From positions 682,001 to 746,000 of the forward strand of contig AP026151.1 of assembly GCA_030295235.1 (NCBI GenBank): a stretch of DNA of 64,000 bases, written 5' to 3'. The position numbers and the translations under genes were made by a program. Below, piece after piece: positions 34,249 to 42,335 of this stretch (its first letter is position 1; each line of letters opens with the position of its first letter). Origin of the DNA: Fistulifera solaris. Lineage: Eukaryota. The notes under the pieces are model-generated. The model was not told the DNA's origin and made no database searches. It saw nothing but the letters and a program-made list of their open reading frames with translations.

Positions 34249-35895
34249 AAGACCCTAGGCTGACCTAATTCTACTCCTGATTTGTTTGTGGCTCCATGGT
34301 AGCATCCCTTCAGCAAATTCGTCGATTCCACCTCTACTAGACACAGTGTTCTTGAGCTAAAGCGGTTGGTTGCGACTTGGCCATTCTATCCGTCTACCAC
34401 AGTGTTCTGTGAGTCAGCTTCATCCCCATCCCGGGTGATATCTTCCGTCGGAAAAGCTTGCAGAGTGTAGCTTTGCAATCAACATGCATTTACTCTTAGA
34501 TTTTGTCGCTTGAGACGCGATGTCTCCAACGGCTTCTGCCGTCATAAGGTGCACCCAGAGACCGTTCTTTCAAGCACGTATGGTACAACCACTGGAAGAA
34601 AGATCCGACAGTCGAATCATGATGACGCTGAACCCCTTTCTTGGCTATGCTGTTTCAGCTGTCGTCGTCGGTTTCAATGTATAACAACTGTAACGGATAA
34701 AAGCTCAAGCGTCCGCCTTCCCACGTGTACCGTCCGTTCTTTCAGTGGCGGAGCGGTTTAGCAGAGCAGCTGTCACTATTCGGTCCTGCCAACCTAAAAC
34801 GTCGTAATGATTTCTGTTCATCAGCCATTCCGTGGCTCGAGTATCCTTCTTCATGCGCTCCTCCCTTTGCGTACCCAAGATACTGTTGCTGGTCTTGCAA
34901 CGGGAAGCATCGGAGACTGTAGGGAGAAAAGCGAGAAGTACGTCGTGATCGGTCCTCGGCACAAGAATATTGCAATCAGCGGATGATCAGGCTCTTTCGA
35001 TGCTGTGAATTGCCCTCAGCGCAGCAATCCAGAAATCCATGTTGCGATGCGAACACTGTTTTCAGTTGTTGAAGGCGATTCGCAAATTCCTGTTTTGCAT
35101 TGTGGACGATATTCTCGTCGACGTCTTGCAACACGGAAAAATTGCTTTGCATGCATCAACGCTATTAAAAGCGAACGGAACCCAGCGACACGACAAGCGG
35201 GCATTCCTTTGCGATTGCACGACAAGGAAGGAACAGTTTGTCGTTACTTTTTCTTTGCGTGGCACCGCAGAACTCAGGATTACCGCCGGTGATATTCAGC
35301 CTGAATGAAAACACTCGAAATCACCAACAGATCTAAAGACGATCGTGCTATCCTTGCTCATTGTTGACTAAAACGATGATGATTCGCAAACCTTTTCTTC
35401 GCGGGCTGGTGTCTCGAGAGAAATACGCGGACCGATACCGACGAACCCATCTCTCGTTCACAAATCGATCAAGCGACGTTGTAGATCGTCTCTTGAATAT
35501 GTTATGCTGCAACAAAGCATGCTCAAGGAAAAATATAGAGACTCTGTAATAAAACGGTGTTTTATGTGCTGTCGTCGACCACATATAAACACGCGCTGGT
35601 AGGCCATTCGTGACTTCGTCCAGACACGGTTGTTGAGTGTCGGATCTTTTGCGAAGATCGAGAAACCAGCGCTCATTTCTCTTTAGTATTCATTCGCATT
35701 ATCACTACAAGACGTAGTTATGTCAAACGATTGTTGAAACCATCCAGCCATCTAGACACCCGACTTTACTGGTCAAAATTTACTCGTTATACGTTCGAAA
35801 GGAACGGGACTTTCGGTACATGAAATTAAACTTTGTTAGTAATTCATCGCAAGACTAATACTAGACTATTTTAGAAGAAATCCTTTATGAATGCT

Positions 35896-37110
35896 TCACT
35901 CAAGCTTAACATTCAACAGAACATGTCTTTCATCATTCGGAATGTGCATGTAAGGTGTTCGTTCGCATACGAGAGAGACTGAATTCACCGCAATTGACGA
36001 CGGAAACATCGAGGAAAGATTCGAAACCACATCCCGCTGAAACCGTTCTTGCACCTGATCGCAACAGGTGCGGGGCACTCTGGTAAACCGACAGAAAGTT
36101 GAATGAATGATCTGAGGCATGGTGAAGGTGCTCTTTATCAAGGGAACTTCTTCCGGGAATTCCTCCATTAACTCGTCAAACGCTTCTTCGATACAATTGC
36201 GGATCAATTGCATGCCGCCCGTCGTCTCCTTCCACAGCAAGATGCCTGCTTTCGAACCCAGTTGTGCCGATTCAATTTCCAAGCGCAATGGATTTTTGGG
36301 CCACGAATCATTGCGAATGGCTCGTTCCATGATTTGCGTCGCATTCCGTATTATGGTATCTTTTTGTGGTTCCGATAAAGCTCCCTCAAACGTAAAGGGA
36401 CGAATCGTTGCCACCGTGGTATGTAGTGCGGCAAAGGGATAAAAATACACGGCCGGAAAAGTCGTCTTGTCTTGAAACGATTCTGTGACATCGACTTCCT
36501 CAAAACACAATTGCACGGCGGCGCAGAATTGCGCATAACTGGATAGCCACTGTTCTCGTGAAGGAGGCCATCCGGCAACGACGACTAATCCGAAACATGC
36601 GTCGGCGGTATTCTCAAGAAGAGAGACTACCCACGGATCGGGGTGAAACTCTGTCGCGGGTCCATCCCTCAGTCGAATTGAAGTAGTAGATATTGTGTGG
36701 TTTGTTTTCGATTCATACGTGATGGTGTGGCCTTGTTGTTGTAACACCGCCACCGCCGCGGCGGCTTGCTCCTCGGATACCAAAATGTAATCGGTATCGT
36801 AAGTACTCAGGGCAAAGATTGAAATACCCGCATCGCTCAATGGCGCGGCCAACGATGCCAAAATTCCCGTCCACGCAAAATCCAAAGGACCCTTTATTTT
36901 TAAGCAAGTCCAATTATATTGTGTGTCGGGTGTCCCGGGAGGCACATGGGGGCAAACAATGGACAATTCGTCACTGGTGCGCGTTACGGAACAAAACGAA
37001 GAGGATGGCTTGGTCGCCCAATCGGGTAGGCCGGCGTCCGAAGGCAGTTTACACACTGCAAAAGAATCGCTGAAAACAATCAGATGGAGATGCTCGGGCT
37101 TGTTTGACAT
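35896..37110 (-). CDS. Fusion of a CASTOR/ACT_7-type ACT module and a 2H-phosphoesterase domain
   Basis: N-terminal FAVCKLP..PDWA..FCSVTRTSDELSIVC..WTCLKIKGPLDFAWTGILASLAAPLSDAGISIFALSTYDTDYILV. C-terminal domain has two HxT motifs, LHTTV and IHSTF. Single intronless 404-aa ORF. Confidence 0.8.
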   Translation of the reverse strand: MSNKPEHLHLIVFSDSFAVCKLPSDAGLPDWATKPSSSFCSVTRTSDELSIVCPHVPPGTPDTQYNWTCLKIKGPLDFAWTGILASLAAPLSDAGISIFALSTYDTDYILVSEEQAAAAVAVLQQQGHTITYESKTNHTISTTSIRLRDGPATEFHPDPWVVSLLENTADACFGLVVVAGWPPSREQWLSSYAQFCAAVQLCFEEVDVTESFQDKTTFPAVYFYPFAALHTTVATIRPFTFEGALSEPQKDTIIRNATQIMERAIRNDSWPKNPLRLEIESAQLGSKAGILLWKETTGGMQLIRNCIEEAFDELMEEFPEEVPLIKSTFTMPQIIHSTFCRFTRVPRTCCDQVQERFQRDVVSNLSSMFPSSIAVNSVSLVCERTPYMHIPNDERHVLLNVKLE

Positions 37111-37402
37111 TGTAATAGAAAGAACGATTGATATAGCAACAAAGAAAAATGCGGAAAAATAAAAAATGAAAATGCGCTCAACAAATACCGGGACTGACTT
37201 GGAAATTCAGTCGCGAGAACGACTCCCCCTGAGAAAACCCTGACCCTATCGTCGATACATTTCCTTATCTCACCGCCATCACCAATCGAATATTATTTTT
37301 CCATTTTGATTTTTTATATAAAGAAAGCCAGCCATATTGTAGTAAAGCTCATTATCACTTATCTTTTGTTTATACTTCAAATTCCCCCCTATTCGACGAA
37401 AG

Positions 37403-38074
37403 ATGACAGAAGCACGACCCGACGGCCGTTCAGCTAATACTCTACGACCTCTTTCCTGTGAATTGGGCTGTCTCCATGCCGCCGACGGCAGCGCCCTTTG
37501 GAAGGCCGGAAATACCCACGTCATGGCCGCCGTACACGGACCGATCGCTCCCCGCATTGCCACGGAAGAACACGCGGATAAGTGTCGCATCCAAGTGGTC
37601 ATTCCAACGTCGTCGAGCAGTGAATGGGAAGCCTTCTTGACCCGCATCCTCACGTCGTGCTGTTGCACGCAATTGTATCCCCGCTGTATTCTGTCCATCA
37701 CCATTCATGTGCTATCACACGATGGATCCATCTTGGCGGCAGCATTGCATGCGGCGGTTTCGGCTCTGATGGATGCGGGCATTGAAATGAAAACGTTGCC
37801 GGTGGGTGTCACCTGTCTACTATCGAATACGGATATTTTACTCGATCCGACTCAGGTGGAAGAGGACGAAAGCGCCTCTTTGATAATAGTCTTGGAGAAT
37901 AGTGACGCGGATCAAATGCTGGCTTGCTATTCCTCAAATTCTTTGAATCAGTCCGTCCAAACGATCTTGAAGTGCTCGGTCGTGGCGGCACGAGTGAGTC
38001 AAGCCATTTCGGCCTTTTGGAGAATAGCCATTGAGTCGAAAGTGAAGCAACAATGCGAAACTATATTTTCCTGA
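37403..38074 (+). CDS. RRP46: Exosome RNase PH subunit RRP46 (EXOSC5)
   Basis: RPDGRSANTLRPLSCELGCLHAADGSALWKAGNTHVMAAVHGP...LYPRCILSITIHVLSHDGSILAAALHAAVSALMDAGI...LLDPTQVEE. Confidence 0.85.
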   Translation: MTEARPDGRSANTLRPLSCELGCLHAADGSALWKAGNTHVMAAVHGPIAPRIATEEHADKCRIQVVIPTSSSSEWEAFLTRILTSCCCTQLYPRCILSITIHVLSHDGSILAAALHAAVSALMDAGIEMKTLPVGVTCLLSNTDILLDPTQVEEDESASLIIVLENSDADQMLACYSSNSLNQSVQTILKCSVVAARVSQAISAFWRIAIESKVKQQCETIFS

Positions 38075-38735
38075 GGAGAAGTAGAGGAAGAGTGAGAATT
38101 GAATCGTAGAATTGTTTGTTTGAGCTACGCAAGCCATGATGAACGGACTCTTCATTCATTCGACTACTCACTACTTCAAAAATTGGGCGCTGTTCTCAAT
38201 TGTAGCAAATGTCGATATCAGGTGGCAAGTTTCAATAGAATGTTACGCATCAACTAAACCTAGCTAGGGAGACAGTAACTTGTGTGTCAACTAGGCTCCA
38301 ACGGGCGATGCCAGACCCTCCGAAGAGGGTCTGACACCATAGACATAGACCCATCTAGCCACTTCTCTATTAACCAACATTATCTACTTCATTAATGTGT
38401 TCACCGCGTGTTCACCGCCGTCCACCTCCTCGATTTCTCCGTTGCTTCTTCTACTTGAGGTTGATCTTGAATCAGACAGTAACTTGCACTAGAGGTATTT
38501 GCTGTCATTTTTACTCCGTATTATTTACTATAGAAAAAGTGTAATGAAACCAAATCGGAGCGTTACCCAAGCGATTACATGCAAAGCTCGCAGTGGTACA
38601 TACACAAAACGTCCGTCCGTCCAACCGACGGTCCGCAGCAGCGAAGAGCGCAGCAGCAGCAGCATAATAGCAGCAGCACAAAAACAACCCAATAATTTAC
38701 CAAAATCCTTATTGTTTCATCTATTTTGAACCAAA

Positions 38736-39521
38736 ATGCGATTTTCTACCAAACGAGACTATCTTTCATGTTCCCAGAGCGACTTGGTGACAAGTGATTG
38801 CAAGCGACAGCGCACGGAAGACCCTGTTCAGTCCTTGTTCGCTTCTCTTCGATCACCTGTCGACTCTCGAGACGACAATGATGATGATGTCCCCTTGCTC
38901 TCCGATTCCTTTCCTTGTGAATCGATTCCGAATGAAGAGCTGTCGTTCATTCTGTCGTTTGCGGAATCGCGTGAAGAGATGCAGTCGTGGATTTGCGAGA
39001 ACGAGAATGCCGCTTGGGCACAGAGCACTGTTCAAGCGCTGCTTTCGTTGAATGTCACTTCGTCTCGTGGCTCCTCAAGCAGCTCTTTTCTTGGTAATCA
39101 TCGTGCGTCGCGCCGTGTACAATTTGCGCCCGGTTTCTACACTGTCAAGGAGATTCCCCATCATAATTCGTTGACGGCCGATGAAAAGCGTTCTTTGTAT
39201 CGTAACGGGCGCGCGTTGCAGGCAGAGAAGGATGAGATTTGCCTGGAGATCAAGTTTGAGCGTCGTTTACGTCTTTGCAGCGCCGCTGATGCGTTAGAAG
39301 AAGGGTGTTTCTTCCGCGATCATCTTGGAGAGTTGGTCCATCCAGCACACTGGCTCGTGTATGTGAATGAAATTCTTCCAAGTCTTCCCCTCGATACTCC
39401 CGTCGTTGGCTTTTCCTCACTGAACGAATACAAACAAAGTGATGAATTTTCCAAGTATGAACAATACTTCGACAACTCCATGCGAGAGAAAATCTTCCAT
39501 CCTCGATCTCTTGATTCGTAA
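38736..39521 (+). CDS. RVxF/GELVHPAHW family paralog A (right copy)
   Basis: Intact 261-aa ORF MRFSTKRDYLSCSQSDLV...RRVQFAPG...GELVHPAHW. Confidence 0.82.
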   Translation: MRFSTKRDYLSCSQSDLVTSDCKRQRTEDPVQSLFASLRSPVDSRDDNDDDVPLLSDSFPCESIPNEELSFILSFAESREEMQSWICENENAAWAQSTVQALLSLNVTSSRGSSSSSFLGNHRASRRVQFAPGFYTVKEIPHHNSLTADEKRSLYRNGRALQAEKDEICLEIKFERRLRLCSAADALEEGCFFRDHLGELVHPAHWLVYVNEILPSLPLDTPVVGFSSLNEYKQSDEFSKYEQYFDNSMREKIFHPRSLDS

Positions 39522-39709
39522 TCGTTTTTCTCGTCTGCGTATTTATTTATTTGTCTTGTTCCCTGTGTTGTGCCCACCGTAGTAGCGATTTGAGACAATT
39601 CAACCGCTCTTTGTTATATATCAAGTGTTAAGTAGTGATAATTGTAGATGATGTTTTGAAAAAATACTCAGTTCTATAGCTATTTAGTGCCTCTCCTTAG
39701 CTTTCTTCG

Positions 39710-39860
39710 TAACGTCGTATCTATTGTTGTGTATCGTACCGTATATTGTATCGTATTGTATTGTATCGTCGTGTTTTGTCGAAGCGTAAGGTGACTTTTC
39801 AAACAATAAGCGTTGTGATTTCACATGAATTCGTAGTTAATAGGGGAGATCTATTGGAAA
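39710..39860. repeat. Degenerate direct repeat (partner about 40668-40797) with a (GTATC/GTATT)n microsatellite, flanking paralog B
   Basis: Both copies read TAACGTCGT..TTGTTGTGTATCGT..TATCGTATTGTA..AAGGTG..GTTGTG..TTCACAT..AATTC..AGATCT. Confidence 0.75.
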
Positions 39861-39922
39861 GAAATCAAGTGCTTCAAAGCGTTAAGCTTTTTACGCTCGT
39901 CTAAACTCGTCCTCTCTCGCGT

Positions 39923-40657
39923 TCATGCTCCCAGAGTCCCTCCGAGACGATTGTCGACACGCTACAGCGGCCTACAAGCCCTCTGCGGTCGTTGCAAGCC
40001 GAAAACGTTGACGATGTTCCCTTTCTGTCGAATTGCGACGCGGATGTCGCGGAATCGTTGCTTCCACGTGATTTCGATGTCGACAATGATGATGAGATCT
40101 CTTCTTTTCTTTCGTCGCTTACGCAATCGGGTGAAAAACCGCTGTTGACGGTGAACCAGACTGAAAAGGGAATTTTAGAGACGAGCACACCTGCGGTGAC
40201 GTTACGCTCCTCGCTCAAGATTGCTTCATCCAGTCTTCTTGTGCGTCGTCGTGTACGATTTGCATCTGATCTTGTGACAGTGAAAGAGATTCCCCATCAT
40301 TGTTCGTTCACAGCTGAGGAAAAGCGTTCGTTGTATCGTGACCTTGAGACCTTGCAAGCCGAGAGCGATGTGATGTGTCAGGAGAGTGAATTCGAACGCA
40401 ATCTGTATGGCGATGAATGCCTCGAGAATGTGTTGGAAGAAGATGCTTATTTTCGTAATCGTCGCGGAGAACTGGTGCATCCAGCTCACTGGAGTGCTTT
40501 CACGGACGAGATCGTTGACAGCCTTGACGCCGACCCGACATCTGTCCCTCCTGGTTTCTCGTCAGTGGAGGCCTACAAGAAGTATTTGTTCGAATACGAG
40601 CACTTCTATGATCATGACCTTCCGAAACATCGTTCGTTTCTATCATCCAACCATTGA
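39923..40657 (+). pseudogene. RVxF/GELVHPAHW family paralog B (right copy): reading frame intact, native start missing
   Basis: Homology to B' starts at TCATGCTCCCAGAGT (39923). The same frame has a TAA at 39902-39904 and no ATG before the body (RRVRFASDLVTVKEIPHH...GELVHPAHW). Confidence 0.55.
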
Positions 40658-41338
40658 TTGATAAAGTTAACGTCGTCCTTGTTGTTGTGTATCGTCTCGT
40701 ATCGTATGATGTCGTATCGTATTGTATCGTTGTTTTTCATTGCAACTGAAGGTGGTGTTGTGCGTTCACATAATTCCTGATTAAAGATCTTTTGAAAACA
40801 TAACATCTACTTCTAGTCTAGTTATAAAGTTCTTCATTGCTTATCCGTACGCCGAGGGTCGAAGCGACCTTAAAACTATTGGCTCCCGTATCATCAATAT
40901 TTGTATATTCCGGACGTTATTCTTCAAATGCGACGTTCGCTCTTACCAGGTATGACTCGACTGTTTATCAAATCTTGTCACCAATTTATGTTAACTCCAT
41001 GAACAAAAGGATGATGATCATGTTGTTGCTATTCAAATACTCGCGAAAGAGCATGTTGAAGGTCGCCTACGTTAGCTGTAACTCCAACCTTTGTCAATAA
41101 CACGATCGCCGAAAAACCATCGCTCGCGATCGTATTTTTTTCTCGATGCATTTTGCGCTTGTCGATTTCGTTCGATCGAAGGCTTCTCATTTTCCTTCGA
41201 TGGTACGAAGTCAACTGAAACAGATGTGCTTCTCGTTTTGAAATAGTCCTATTGCCATTCCGCACGCTCCGACTTTCATAATTTGACGATATATTTGCCG
41301 GCTTGTTGATTTCTAACTTCGATCGTTTTAGTTTCATC

Positions 41339-42160
41339 ATGACGACTACAACTGCAAGTAATACCTCTTTACCGTACTGGAATCTGGCCGCCTACATCTT
41401 CAATGTCGCCGTTACCTTTGGTATTGGTATTTTGCGATCACCCACGAATGCGGAATTGTCGGAAAAATATCAAACACTCGTGACACCCGTCGGTTGGGCT
41501 TTTGCCATTTGGTCGTTGATATTTACCTTACAAGGTGTCTGGGTCGCTTGGCCGTTCTTTTCTGAGAAGAAAACCAGCATCATTGGGTATCGCTACGTGT
41601 GGATTGTTATTGCGCAAGCGGGCTGGACCTTGTCCTTTTCGCACGAACGAATCGTCGCCTCCATGCTTTTTATGACTGCACTGGCTTCCTTTTTGTGGGA
41701 AACCGTCGCGACACTGCCACCTCCGGCGACGTGGAAGGAGTATGCCGTCACGCATTTGCCATTTACCTTACACGCGGGATGGATTACGGCGGCTACTTTG
41801 GTGAATGCGAATGTTGTTTTGGTGTATCTGGGCGTGGCGGCACCGACGCAGTACAGTGCCGCGCTGATGTCGCTGTTGTCGCTTTTTGCTTTGGCAGTGT
41901 CGGAAGTTTTGCGGGATCATGATTGGGTTATCCCTGCGACCCTGGCCTGGGCGGCGTACGGTATTCATCGCGAGCTTTCGTCACCAAAGTTTGCCATTCG
42001 CATCACGTTTTCCGAACGGCAAATTGGGCACCTTCAACAGGGTGCGGCTTGGGCGACCATGACGATTGTTGCCTTGTTGGTTGTACGAATTGGTATTCGA
42101 TTGACGACTCGTCGTCGACCTCTTCACCAGTCGAGCGAAGCTGCTCTTTTGCGTGAGTAA
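41339..42160 (+). CDS. Tryptophan-rich sensory protein (TspO/MBR-related) multi-pass membrane protein
   Basis: NAELSEKYQTLVTPVGWAFAIWSLIF...PFTLHAGWITAATLVN...TLAWAAYGI, with about 8 hydrophobic segments. Confidence 0.75.
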   Translation: MTTTTASNTSLPYWNLAAYIFNVAVTFGIGILRSPTNAELSEKYQTLVTPVGWAFAIWSLIFTLQGVWVAWPFFSEKKTSIIGYRYVWIVIAQAGWTLSFSHERIVASMLFMTALASFLWETVATLPPPATWKEYAVTHLPFTLHAGWITAATLVNANVVLVYLGVAAPTQYSAALMSLLSLFALAVSEVLRDHDWVIPATLAWAAYGIHRELSSPKFAIRITFSERQIGHLQQGAAWATMTIVALLVVRIGIRLTTRRRPLHQSSEAALLRE

Positions 42161-42335
42161 TGCGCGTTGAGATCAATATGAGTTCTGGCTAAATATACTC
42201 GTAGAACCAAACCAAGAATAGTGTACTTATTTTACCTAATACGGAGTAGTAGTTATTAACAAGAGATATAATACATCACAATAGTAGCTTAGGTTGTTGT
42301 CAGTCAGCAAGCTCCAAGGAAAGAGAAAGCCATTC

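Larger units (their letters stand above)
38610..40660 (+). repeat. Right arm of the inverted segmental duplication
   Basis: Aligns with the reverse complement of about 22560-24390, apart from the A-B spacer. Confidence 0.9.

Noticed and set aside
33500..35800. Many short ORFs in both directions, possibly a decayed gene or transposon
   Set aside because: No recognisable protein motif, terminal repeat or consistent frame. It cannot be supported without a search.
38026..38041. U2 snRNA-like TCGGCCTTTTGG
   Set aside because: It lies inside the RRP46 coding sequence and does not continue as CTAAGATCA. Chance match.
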